64,000 nucleotides of DNA from IMG/VR virus record IMGVR_UViG_3300037467_001798, one strand, 5' to 3'. This DNA comes from a virus. Made by a program: the position numbers and the translations under genes. Positions within the stretch are counted from its first letter, which is position 1, and each line of letters opens with the position of its first letter. Under the pieces are notes generated by a model that was not told where the DNA came from, ran no database searches, and saw nothing but the letters and a program-made list of their open reading frames with translations. Below are positions 36,998-46,342 of this stretch, piece after piece.

Positions 36998-37828
36998 ATG
37001 CCGCAGAAATTCGCCAACAACGCCCGCGCGCTGCTCACCGGCAGCATCACCGCGGCCTCCACCAGCCTGACCGTGGAGGCCGGCAAGGCCGACCGCTTCC
37101 CGGTGGCCAACACCACCAGCCACGCCACCCCGCTGGACTGGTTCAAGATCGGCGTGACCGACACCGCCGGCAACCTGGAGGTGATGTACGTGGGCACGCG
37201 CCCGGCCGGCTCGGGCAGCTTCAGCGTGCTGCTGCGCGGCCAGGAGGGCACCACCGCGCGCTCGTTCGCCGCCGGCAGCTTCGTGCAGAGCAGCCTGACC
37301 GCGCTGGACGTGCAGAACGTGCTGGCGGGCCTGTTCTCCTACCTGGGCGTGGTGGGCGCCGGCCCGGTGCTGGAGGTGTCCAAGACCGGCACCGGCGCGG
37401 CCGCCGGCGCGCTCTACATCAACGGCGCGGGTGAACTCGCATTCGCCCAGTCCAACGGCTCGGGCGGCATCACCGCCGATCGCGCCAAGCTCAATCTGAC
37501 CACCGGGCTGCTGACCGCCGCCGACCTGGCGCTGACCTCGGACGAGCGCCTGAAGAAGGACTGGCAGGACGTGCCCGCGGACTTCCTGCAGCAGCTGGCC
37601 GGCGTGCTGTGCGGCACCTACGCGCTGGTGGACGGGGGCGGCGCGCGCCTGGTGGGCGTGGGCGCGCAGAGCCTGCAGGCGGTGCTGGCCGAGGGCGTCA
37701 ACGAGGACGCGCAGGGCCAGCTGCAGGTGCGCTACGGCCAGGTGGCGCTGGTGGCGGCAATCCAGCTGGCCGGCCGCGTGCTGGCCATCGAGCAGCGGCT
37801 GGCGCGCCTGGAGGCCGCCGCGGCATGA
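36998..37828 (+). CDS. tail fibre protein with C-terminal peptidase S74 intramolecular chaperone
   Basis: KFANNA N-terminus; LTSDERLKKD cleavage motif; GVGAQ..Q.VL.E.V; terminal coiled coil. Confidence 0.85.
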   Translation: MPQKFANNARALLTGSITAASTSLTVEAGKADRFPVANTTSHATPLDWFKIGVTDTAGNLEVMYVGTRPAGSGSFSVLLRGQEGTTARSFAAGSFVQSSLTALDVQNVLAGLFSYLGVVGAGPVLEVSKTGTGAAAGALYINGAGELAFAQSNGSGGITADRAKLNLTTGLLTAADLALTSDERLKKDWQDVPADFLQQLAGVLCGTYALVDGGGARLVGVGAQSLQAVLAEGVNEDAQGQLQVRYGQVALVAAIQLAGRVLAIEQRLARLEAAAA

Positions 37829-39006
37829 TCCCGCTGACCGGCACCCTCACCGGCGCTGCGCTGCGCGCCGAACTCGGGCTTGGAAGCGGCGCCATCGCCT
37901 CGCTGCTGGCGGTGGACGGCCTGCGCCGCCTGACCAACCAGCCCACCGGCCCGGTCACCCTGTCGGCCGCGCGCGGCACCGCCTTGCTGCGCGCCAGCGC
38001 CGAGCAGCAGGCCGCCACCATCCTGTGCGGCAGCCCCGCCGCCGCCGGCGCCTACCGGCTGGTGATCGAGCCGGGGGTGGTGGTGGGCTCGACCAGCAGC
38101 GCGGTGGCCGCGCTGGACACCGGCCAGTTCCCCTCGGGCTCGACGCTGGCCATCGACGTGTACGGCAAGGTGCTGGGCGCGGCTGGGCCGGCCGGCTCGG
38201 GGGGTGCGGGCGGCGCCGGCGGCGCGGCCATCAAGGCCAACTACGCCGGGCAGACGGTGACCGTGCGCTACAAGGCCGGCGGCGAGATTCGCGCCGGCGG
38301 TGGCGGCGGCGGCAAGGGCGGTGCCGGCGGCACCGGGGGCACCGGCGGCCAGGGCTACTACAACACCAGCAGCACCGAGGGGCCGGCCTATGCCGCGGGC
38401 TCCTACGAGGTGGAGCACGTGCAGGGCTCGGGCACCTGGACCTTCCGCTGGGGCGGCGGCATCGTCGGCACCAGCGGCGGCACCTCGTTCACCTCGGGCC
38501 CCTACACCTACACCACCGGCGGGCTGGTGACCACCACCTCCGTCGGCAGCGGCGAAACCGGCGACCAGGTGTTCACCGACCATTACCAGGTCTACCGCAC
38601 CACCGCCGGCACCGTCATCACCAACGGCGGCGGCGGTGGCTCCGGTGGCGCGGGCGGCTCCGGTGGCCAGGGCCAGGGCTACAACCGCCAGTCCGCGGCG
38701 CAGTTCGGCTTTGCCGGCTCGCTGGGCAACGGCGGCGCCGGCGGCGGCACCAACGCCGGCACGGGCGGCACCGGCGGCCAGGGCGGCTCCGGTGGTGGCG
38801 GCGGCGCCTGGGGCGTGGGCGGCTCCGGCGGGGCCACCGGCTTTGCCGGCGCCACCGGCAACTCGGGCAACTACAGCGCCGGCAGCGCCGGCAGCGCCGG
38901 CTCGGGCGGCTTTTCTGGCGGCGCCGCCGGCAACGCCGTCATCAAGGGTTCGGCCAGCGTGACAGTCATCAACGACGGCGGCACCATCAGCGGCCCCGTC
39001 AGCTGA
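37825..39006 (+). CDS. glycine-rich adhesin (T-even gp38-like architecture)
   Basis: Short N-terminal attachment region, then many GGxGG runs flanking an aromatic-rich insert. Confidence 0.7.
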   Translation: MIPLTGTLTGAALRAELGLGSGAIASLLAVDGLRRLTNQPTGPVTLSAARGTALLRASAEQQAATILCGSPAAAGAYRLVIEPGVVVGSTSSAVAALDTGQFPSGSTLAIDVYGKVLGAAGPAGSGGAGGAGGAAIKANYAGQTVTVRYKAGGEIRAGGGGGGKGGAGGTGGTGGQGYYNTSSTEGPAYAAGSYEVEHVQGSGTWTFRWGGGIVGTSGGTSFTSGPYTYTTGGLVTTTSVGSGETGDQVFTDHYQVYRTTAGTVITNGGGGGSGGAGGSGGQGQGYNRQSAAQFGFAGSLGNGGAGGGTNAGTGGTGGQGGSGGGGGAWGVGGSGGATGFAGATGNSGNYSAGSAGSAGSGGFSGGAAGNAVIKGSASVTVINDGGTISGPVS

Positions 39007-39023
39007 ACAGGAGGAAGGACAGC

Positions 39024-39305
39024 ATGAAGATCAACTACCGCGTGACCGCGCACGACGCGACGCTGCACACGCTGCAGGTCGAATACTCGACCCCGGACGC
39101 GCCGGGCAAGGTGCTGCCGATGATGTTCGCCATCCCGGTGGTGGACGGCCAGCTGCTGGCGGGCCCGGCGCTGAACGAGGCCATCGCGGCGCAGGCGCCG
39201 GTGTTCGGCTTGAAGCGCATGGCCGAAGTGCACGGCGCGGGCGAGCCCGATCCGGCAGCCCTGCTGGCCATCTGCGGCGAGACCGACGCGACCGCGCCGC
39301 GATGA
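39024..39305 (+). CDS. hypothetical tail-region protein
   Basis: AGGAGG RBS; 93 aa. Confidence 0.65.
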   Translation: MKINYRVTAHDATLHTLQVEYSTPDAPGKVLPMMFAIPVVDGQLLAGPALNEAIAAQAPVFGLKRMAEVHGAGEPDPAALLAICGETDATAPR

Positions 39306-41314
39306 CCAGCCTGAACGCCAAGAGCTTTCGCCCGGCGGTCCCGCGCACCGAGGCGCGGCTGCTGCAGGGCAACTACGCCCAGGTCGCCCTGGCGTGCAAG
39401 CTGCTGCGCGGCTCGTTTGAGCCGTTCAAGGGCCCGAGCCTGGTGCGCACCTCCCCGCAGCCGTCGATCGGCACCGCCTGGCGTTATCGCAACGCCGGGG
39501 TCGACTACTGGCTGGAGTGGGTCGCCGGCGGCGTCGACGTGGTGCGCAGCCCCAACTCGCAGGACGTGCGCAACCGCATCTACTGGGCCGGCGACGGCGA
39601 GCCGCGCATGGCCGCCTTCTCCGACGCCATCAGCGGCGTCAGCTCCTACCCCGGCGCCTGGTACGTGCTGGGCGTCTACATCCCCGGCGCCATCCCCACC
39701 ATCACCCAGACCGGCGGCTCGGGCGCGCAGGAAACGCGCGCCTACATCCACACCTTCGTCACCCAGTACGGTGAGGAGGGCGCCCCCAGCCTGCCCAAGA
39801 TCGTCACCGGGTACAGCAACGCCACCAGCTGGGACATCAGCGGCATGGAGACCGCGCCGCCCAACTCGGGCACCGTCTCGGGCGCCGTCTACCAGGGCAA
39901 CAGCCTCACCCGCGTGACCGTGGACACCACCCGCGGGCTGGCCGCCTACGAGCAGGTGACCTTCGCCTCGGTGGTCGGCATGACCGACCTGAACGCGACG
40001 CTGACCATCGCCTCGGTGGTCGACGCCACCCACATCGACGTGCAGCTGGTGACCGGGCAGACCTACACCTCGGGCGGCACCTGGGCGCGGCGCGCACCGC
40101 ACAACACGACGAACATGCGCCGGCGCATCTACCGCACGGTGGGCACCAACGCCGACTACAAGTTCGTCACCGACATCCCGGCCTCGCAGACCACCTTCAC
40201 CGACAACATCGCGGCCACCGCGCTGGGCGGCGCCTGCCCCTCGATCGACAGCTACACCCCGCCCAAGAACGCGGTGGGCATGTGCTCGCTGGCCAACGGC
40301 TCGCTGTGCCTGGTGGCCGGCAACGAGGCGTGTTTCAGCGAAATCGGCAAGCCGCACAGCTGGCCGCTGGGCAACCGCTACTCCTTCGCCGGCCAGGCCG
40401 TCTCGGCCACCGCCGTGGGCAACTCGGTGGTGGTGGGCACCGATGCGGCGCCGGTGATCGTGGTGGCCACCCGCCCCGAGCAGGGCCAGGCGGCCAAGCT
40501 GGAGGGCGACGCGCTGCCGCCCAACATCGCCAAGCGCGGCACCGTGGACACCGGCAAGGGCGCCCTGTGGCCCTCGCACGATGGCCTGTGGCACGTGACC
40601 CCCGCCGGCGCCACCAACGTGGTCGACAAGCTCTACACCTTTGAGCAGTGGAAGGCCATGCGGCCCGAGACCTTCAAGGCCGCCTTCGTCGACCGCGACT
40701 ACTGGGCCATGCACGACACCACCGACGGCAGCACCAGCAAGCTGCTGCAGCTGGACTTCACCACGCCCGACGGCATCGTGGAGGTCGACGACCAGTTCGA
40801 CGCCCTGTACGCCAACCCGTGGGACGGGCGCATGTACGTGGCCAAGGGCCCCAAGCTGTACCTGTGGGACGAGGACGACACCAACCGCTACCTGGGCGTG
40901 TGGCGCGGGCCGGACTACCAGCTGGGCAAGCCGGTGAACTTCACGGTGGCCCAGGTGCATGCCGACTACGGCCAGATCGTGCCGCTGGACCTGAGCATCC
41001 AGACGGCCAACATCGCGCTGATGGCCAACGCCGACAACGTGGACGGCGCGCTGGGCGTGACCCCGCTGATGGCGGCGCCGCTGGCCGGCTCGGCCATCCA
41101 GGAGCAGCCCGCGCAGACCGCGCGCCGGGTGCAGTTCACCCTGCTCGACAATGACCAGGTGAAGTTCACCCGCGACGTCATCAGCTCCAAGCCGTTCCGG
41201 CTGCCCGAGGGCTTCAAGACCGAGGTGTGCTCGATCCAGATCAGCGCCTCGACCAAGGTGCACAGCGTCACCGTGGCGCAGGGCCTGGAGGAGCTGAAGG
41301 AGACCAGCGTTTGA
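39302..41314 (+). CDS. tail nozzle / tubular protein (P22 gp10 / T7 gp12-like)
   Basis: 670 aa beta-rich protein at the nozzle position; E..FSE...PHSWP motif. Confidence 0.7.
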   Translation: MTSLNAKSFRPAVPRTEARLLQGNYAQVALACKLLRGSFEPFKGPSLVRTSPQPSIGTAWRYRNAGVDYWLEWVAGGVDVVRSPNSQDVRNRIYWAGDGEPRMAAFSDAISGVSSYPGAWYVLGVYIPGAIPTITQTGGSGAQETRAYIHTFVTQYGEEGAPSLPKIVTGYSNATSWDISGMETAPPNSGTVSGAVYQGNSLTRVTVDTTRGLAAYEQVTFASVVGMTDLNATLTIASVVDATHIDVQLVTGQTYTSGGTWARRAPHNTTNMRRRIYRTVGTNADYKFVTDIPASQTTFTDNIAATALGGACPSIDSYTPPKNAVGMCSLANGSLCLVAGNEACFSEIGKPHSWPLGNRYSFAGQAVSATAVGNSVVVGTDAAPVIVVATRPEQGQAAKLEGDALPPNIAKRGTVDTGKGALWPSHDGLWHVTPAGATNVVDKLYTFEQWKAMRPETFKAAFVDRDYWAMHDTTDGSTSKLLQLDFTTPDGIVEVDDQFDALYANPWDGRMYVAKGPKLYLWDEDDTNRYLGVWRGPDYQLGKPVNFTVAQVHADYGQIVPLDLSIQTANIALMANADNVDGALGVTPLMAAPLAGSAIQEQPAQTARRVQFTLLDNDQVKFTRDVISSKPFRLPEGFKTEVCSIQISASTKVHSVTVAQGLEELKETSV

Positions 41315-43278
41315 GCACGCCCACGCGCAGCGCCATCCCGCTGGCCAAGACCGGCGACGCGGCCGTCGACCGGGCGCTGGAGGCCCTGACCCAGAACCTG
41401 AACGGCATCACCGGCCAGGAGAAGAACGCCGACGCCCTGGTGCAGGTGGATGCGGCCAGCACCACCACCGCGGAGTTGGCGGCCCGGCTGAACGTCATCA
41501 TCGAGCGGCTGGGCGGCACCCCGCGCGCCACGGTGGCACCGGCGCCACCGCCGTACATCATGGCGCCCGCCCCCGGCCCGACTCCGGTGCCCGCGCCCAC
41601 GCCGGCGCCTGCGCCCACCCCGGCCCCGACCCCGGCGCCCATGTACAGCTCGCGCATCCAGACCGAGGACGCGGAGCTGACCGGCATCACCACCTCGCCC
41701 GACCCGGTGGCCGGCTACGAGGGCACCGGCCACGCCGACTGGTTCACCGGCAGCGGCCAGCGCATCCGCGCCACCTTCACCGGCGTGCCGGCGGGCACCT
41801 ACCGCGTGCGCACCCGCTACTACGTGTTCGGCGCGCAGCAGAACTACATCGCCATCAACGGCGGCACCCCGGTGCTGCAGATCCAGGACACCGTGGGCGC
41901 CTGGACGCTGCAGGATCTGTCGAGCCTGTCGCTGGCCGGCGGCACCGTCACGGTGGACCTGACGCCCGACTACGGCTACTGCATGTGGGACTGGATCGAG
42001 CTGGTGCAGCTCAGTGCCGGCAGCGCCCCGGCGCCCTCGCCGCCGGCCCCCGCGCCGCCGGCCCCGGCCCCGGCGCCTGGCGCCGCGCCGCATTACCCCT
42101 TCGCCTCGCGGCTGGACCTCACGAGCGGCAGCTACCCGTACGGCATCAAGCCGACGAACTACACCGCCACCCAGATGGACACCAAGGTCAAGGCCGCCTA
42201 CGACGCCTGGAAGGCGGCGCGCCTGGCGGCCTCGCCCTCGTTCGTGGGCGCCGGCATCTACTCGGGCGTGACCATCACCGACGGCTACCACGTGCAGTTT
42301 GCCGACCCGGCCGAGTCCTGCCGCTCCGAGGGCCAGGGCTACGGCATGTTGATCCTGGTGCTGATGGCCGGCTACGAGAGCAACGCGCAGGCGATCTTCG
42401 ACGGCCTGTTCAAGGTGGCGCGCGCCCGCCCCGCCTATGGCATGCCCACCACGGCCAACGCGCACCTGTACCTGATGGAGTGGCGCCTGTACGCCAACAT
42501 GGGCAGCGCCGGAGGCGGCTACAACGCCAGCGACGGCGACCTGGACATCGCGCTGGCCCTCTTGATGGCCCATCGCCAGTGGGGCTCGGGCGGCGCCATC
42601 AACTACTGGCAGGAGGCCCAGAACACCATCGCGGCCATCAAGGCGGTCAACTTCGCCTCGACCGGCGAGCAGTACCTGCCGCAGAACCTGTCGCGCACCT
42701 CCGACTACATGATCGGGCACTTCCGCTCGTTCAAGGCCGCCACCGGCGACACCTTCTGGGACACCGCGCGCACCCGAAGCGCGGCGCTGATCGCCGGCAT
42801 CATCGCCAGCTACTCGGCCACCTACAAGCTGGTGCCCGACTTCATCTACAAGCCCGGCACCGACCCGCAGCCCTCGCCGGGCAACCTGATCGAGGGTGAG
42901 TGGGAAGGCTGGTACGGCCCCAACGCCTGCCGCGTGCCGTGGCGCTGGGGCACCGACTACGTGTGGAGCGGCGACGCCACCTGGAAGGGCTACGCCAAGG
43001 ACATCGTTTCCTTCATCCAGACCGACTGCGCGGGCAACCCGTTCAACGGCCACGACGGCTGGATGCTCAATGGCGCCTTCACCAACAGCCACACCTACAT
43101 GGCCGAGGGCATCCACGGCCCGGCCATGGTCGGGTGCATGGTCGATGCGACGTTCCAGAGCTTCCTGAACACCGAGTTCACCACCCACGCGGACAACTTC
43201 ACCACCGACTACTACGACAGCGAGCTGCAGCTGCTGCCGATGATCGTGGCGTCGGGCAACTGGTGGAGGCCGCTGTGA
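41311..43278 (+). CDS. virion-region protein: N-terminal anchor, CBM6/35-like module and GH8 glycoside hydrolase
   Basis: TTG start overlapping the nozzle stop; Pro-Ala linkers; RSEGQGYGMLILV, LMEW, ASDGDLDIALALLMAHRQWG..GAINY.QEA, NACRVPWR. Confidence 0.88.
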   Translation: MSTPTRSAIPLAKTGDAAVDRALEALTQNLNGITGQEKNADALVQVDAASTTTAELAARLNVIIERLGGTPRATVAPAPPPYIMAPAPGPTPVPAPTPAPAPTPAPTPAPMYSSRIQTEDAELTGITTSPDPVAGYEGTGHADWFTGSGQRIRATFTGVPAGTYRVRTRYYVFGAQQNYIAINGGTPVLQIQDTVGAWTLQDLSSLSLAGGTVTVDLTPDYGYCMWDWIELVQLSAGSAPAPSPPAPAPPAPAPAPGAAPHYPFASRLDLTSGSYPYGIKPTNYTATQMDTKVKAAYDAWKAARLAASPSFVGAGIYSGVTITDGYHVQFADPAESCRSEGQGYGMLILVLMAGYESNAQAIFDGLFKVARARPAYGMPTTANAHLYLMEWRLYANMGSAGGGYNASDGDLDIALALLMAHRQWGSGGAINYWQEAQNTIAAIKAVNFASTGEQYLPQNLSRTSDYMIGHFRSFKAATGDTFWDTARTRSAALIAGIIASYSATYKLVPDFIYKPGTDPQPSPGNLIEGEWEGWYGPNACRVPWRWGTDYVWSGDATWKGYAKDIVSFIQTDCAGNPFNGHDGWMLNGAFTNSHTYMAEGIHGPAMVGCMVDATFQSFLNTEFTTHADNFTTDYYDSELQLLPMIVASGNWWRPL

Positions 43279-43922
43279 ACCGCGAAGCCCTGTGCCTGGC
43301 GCTGGCGCGCCACCGCGAGGCGATCCCGCTGGAGGTGGCGCGCGCCATCATCGAGGAGGTGTGCCCGGTGCCGGCCGCAGCGACGCCGATCGACGTGTAC
43401 GCCCTGGACCCGGTGGCGCACGGCCCGTACACGATCGCGGCCGAGCGGCTGGCGGCGGTGCTGCCCGAGGTGCACCCGCTGCACCAGCTGCACTGGCGCG
43501 AGACCGAGAAGTACCGGCACGGCATCCCGATGGCGCCGGACTACCAGGCCATGATCGCGCGCGACGCGGCCGGGCACTGCCTGCAGCTGACGATCCGCCT
43601 GGAGGGCCAGCTGGTGGGGCACCTGCGCATGTGGCTGTGGCCGCGCTCGCTGCACACCAGCCGCCCGATCGCCGAGGAGGATGCGCTGTTCATCCACCCC
43701 GAGCACCGCGGCGGCTTCCTGGTGATGGCGCTGCTGCGCACCGCCGAGCGCTGGCTGCTGCAGGCATGCCCCGAGCTGAGCGAAATCAAGACCAACAGCA
43801 AGCTGGTGGCGCGCCGCGAAGGCGGCCCCGATGCCAGCGTGCTGATGCGGCGCCTCGGCTACCAGGCCGTGGGCCTGATGCATTCCAAGACCTTTATCCA
43901 AGGAGAGAGCCATGTGCAGTGA
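43275..43922 (+). CDS. GNAT family acetyltransferase-like protein
   Basis: EEDALFIHPEHRGG motif A; position between tail and ejection genes as in other podophages. Confidence 0.75.
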   Translation: MNREALCLALARHREAIPLEVARAIIEEVCPVPAAATPIDVYALDPVAHGPYTIAAERLAAVLPEVHPLHQLHWRETEKYRHGIPMAPDYQAMIARDAAGHCLQLTIRLEGQLVGHLRMWLWPRSLHTSRPIAEEDALFIHPEHRGGFLVMALLRTAERWLLQACPELSEIKTNSKLVARREGGPDASVLMRRLGYQAVGLMHSKTFIQGESHVQ

Positions 43923-45027
43923 AGCGCCCGACACCAGCGGGATGAACGCCGCCGCCGTGCAGCAGGCCGAGCTGTCGCGCGAGCAGCTGGACTTTTTCAA
44001 GCAGCTGTACGCCGACACGGCGCCCGAGCGCGAGGCGGCCGCTTCGCGCCAGAACGCGATCAGCGACGCGCAGCTGGGGCTGATGAACCAGCAGCAGCAG
44101 CTGACCGACGAGGCCAACACGCGCTACAAGGGCACCTTCGTGCCGATCGAGGAGCGCATCGCGCGCGAGGCGATGGCCTACGACACGCCCGAGCGGCGCG
44201 AGCAGGAGGCCGGCCAGGCGATGGCCGATGTCGGCTCGCAGGTCGACCTGGCGCGCGCCGGCGTGCAGCGCGATCTGGCCGACCGCGGGGTGGACGCCTC
44301 CAGCGGCAATGCGGCGGTGGCGCTGTCGCGCATGGCGCTCGGTGAGGGCGCGGCCAAGGCAGCCGCCGGCAACACCGCGCGCAAGCAGGTCGAGACGATC
44401 GGCGCTGCCAAGCTGGCCGACGCCGCGGCGATGGGCCGCGGGGTGATGACCAACCAGGGCACCACCGCCAGCCTGGCGCTCAACGCGGGCAACGCCTCCA
44501 GCGGCAACGCCGGCACGGCGCTGAACACGGCCACCTCGGGCGCCAACCTGATGCAGGCCGGCTACCAGGGCGCCCAGCAGGGCCTGGCCGGCGCGGCCAG
44601 CACCTACGGCAACATCGGCCGCATCGAGAGCCAGGACAGCGGCGGCCTGCTGGGCGGCATCGGCCAGCTGGCCATGGGCGCCGGCGCCATGGGCCTGAAG
44701 TTCTCCGACGAGAACATGAAGGAGGACCGTGAGCCGGTCTCCGGCGAGCTGGCGCTGCGCGCGGTGCGCGAGATGCCGCAGGTGGAGAGCTGGCGCTACA
44801 AGAAAGGCTCGGCCGGCGACGACGGCGGCCGCCGCCACATCGGCCCGATGGCCCAGGACGTCAACCGGCACATGGGCAACAAGGCCGCCCCCGGTGGCGT
44901 GCTGGTCGATCCGACCGAGCTGGTGGGCATCACCCTGGCGGCGGTCAAGGCGGTGGACGCCAAGGTCGACCGCGCCCTGTCCCTGGCCTCGACGGGCCGC
45001 AAACACAAGGAGAGCAAGCATGGGTAA
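43912..45027 (+). CDS. internal virion / ejection protein candidate with C-terminal S74-like domain
   Basis: Ala/Gln/Gly-rich helical body; FSDENMKED...W.YK...HIGPMAQD. Confidence 0.75.
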   Translation: MCSEAPDTSGMNAAAVQQAELSREQLDFFKQLYADTAPEREAAASRQNAISDAQLGLMNQQQQLTDEANTRYKGTFVPIEERIAREAMAYDTPERREQEAGQAMADVGSQVDLARAGVQRDLADRGVDASSGNAAVALSRMALGEGAAKAAAGNTARKQVETIGAAKLADAAAMGRGVMTNQGTTASLALNAGNASSGNAGTALNTATSGANLMQAGYQGAQQGLAGAASTYGNIGRIESQDSGGLLGGIGQLAMGAGAMGLKFSDENMKEDREPVSGELALRAVREMPQVESWRYKKGSAGDDGGRRHIGPMAQDVNRHMGNKAAPGGVLVDPTELVGITLAAVKAVDAKVDRALSLASTGRKHKESKHG

Positions 45028-46327
45028 CCTGGGTCGAGCGATCGCGCTGGCCGGTGCCGCCGTCGGCGGCTATGCCAAGGGCGCGCAGATGTACGACGAG
45101 GAGCAGCGCCGCAAGCAGGACCAGGCGGCGCAGAACGACGAGCGCGAGCTGCGCATGCGCACTGCGCGGCGCGCCGAGGCCGATCAGATCGCGCTGCGCG
45201 CAGCGGCCGCGCCGGTGCAGGACGCCGCCGGCGGGGTGACGGCGCCGCTGGATGCCGACAACCGCGACGTCGGCCAGGCCGACGGCCCCACGGTGGCCAA
45301 CGGCCAACTGCGCCTGGGCACCGCAGCGCAGGCCAACACCCCCGAGGCGCGCGCCACCCGCATGGCCGACACGCTCACCGCCCAGGGCCGCCCCGATGCG
45401 GCCATCACGCTGCAGCGCCAGCAGGCGGCGCTGACCAAGGAGCAGGAGGAGCGGGTTCGCCAGATCAAGACCGAGGGCTACCAGGACACCATGCGCGCCA
45501 TGATGACCGGCGACCCCGATGCCGTCGCGCAGGCGTTCAACAAGACCGGCTCGATGAAGATCGAAGGCCCGCTGAAGGTGGCCCCGCGCGAAATCGACGT
45601 GCCCGGCCTGGGCAAGGTGCAGAGCTTCGACTACACCGGCACGCTGGTGCGCGCCGACGGCAGCAAGAGCCAGGGCACGATCAACAGCCACCAGTTCGCC
45701 ATGAGCCTGCTGCCCTACAAGGACCACCTGGAGGTGCTGGGCAAGGCCGGCGAGCGTGACAGCAAGGCGCAGCTGCGGCTGGCGCAGGGCGAGGCCCAGG
45801 TGGCGCGCGGCGAGGCGGCGGTGGCCCGCGCCGAGGCGGCCGCCACCCGCGCGGGCAACGCCGGCAACAGCATGAGCGTGCGCGAGCTGAGCGAGGAGCG
45901 CAAGCAGGCCACCTCCCTGATGGACAGCTCCAGCCGCGGCATCGCCGAGACCCAGCGCGCGATCGCGGCGCTGCGCAAGAACGCGATCCTCATCAAACCG
46001 GGCTCGCCCGACGCGCTGGAGCTGGACAACCTGCAGGGCCAGCTGCAGCGCCACCAGGCCGCCTACGACGAGTCGCGCCAGCGGCTGTCGGAGCTGCGCG
46101 GCAGCCGCGCGGCCCCGGCCCCGGCGGTGCCGACCGCCACCCCGGTGTCGGCCCCTGGCTCGGGCGGCACCGGCAAGCCCACGACGGGCGGTGCTGCCAA
46201 GCCCAGCGGTAACCAGCAGAATCGCGCTCGGCCGGCCACCAAGGCCGAGTACGACGCGCTGCCGCCGGGCACCACGTACTGGCACCCCGGCAAGCAGGAG
46301 TGGCTGGTCAAGGGCGGCAGCAAGTAA
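45020..46327 (+). CDS. internal virion / ejection protein candidate
   Basis: Amphipathic N-terminus, coiled coils, position before the giant gene. Confidence 0.7.
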   Translation: MGNLGRAIALAGAAVGGYAKGAQMYDEEQRRKQDQAAQNDERELRMRTARRAEADQIALRAAAAPVQDAAGGVTAPLDADNRDVGQADGPTVANGQLRLGTAAQANTPEARATRMADTLTAQGRPDAAITLQRQQAALTKEQEERVRQIKTEGYQDTMRAMMTGDPDAVAQAFNKTGSMKIEGPLKVAPREIDVPGLGKVQSFDYTGTLVRADGSKSQGTINSHQFAMSLLPYKDHLEVLGKAGERDSKAQLRLAQGEAQVARGEAAVARAEAAATRAGNAGNSMSVRELSEERKQATSLMDSSSRGIAETQRAIAALRKNAILIKPGSPDALELDNLQGQLQRHQAAYDESRQRLSELRGSRAAPAPAVPTATPVSAPGSGGTGKPTTGGAAKPSGNQQNRARPATKAEYDALPPGTTYWHPGKQEWLVKGGSK

Positions 46328-46342
46328 CACCGAAGGAACGAC

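Noticed and set aside
38200-38930. GGC-rich repeats
   Set aside because: Explained by polyglycine coding in the adhesin
30675-43278. Diversity-generating retroelement as in BPP-1-like phages
   Set aside because: No reverse transcriptase motif (YxDD) ORF and no template/variable repeat pair noticed
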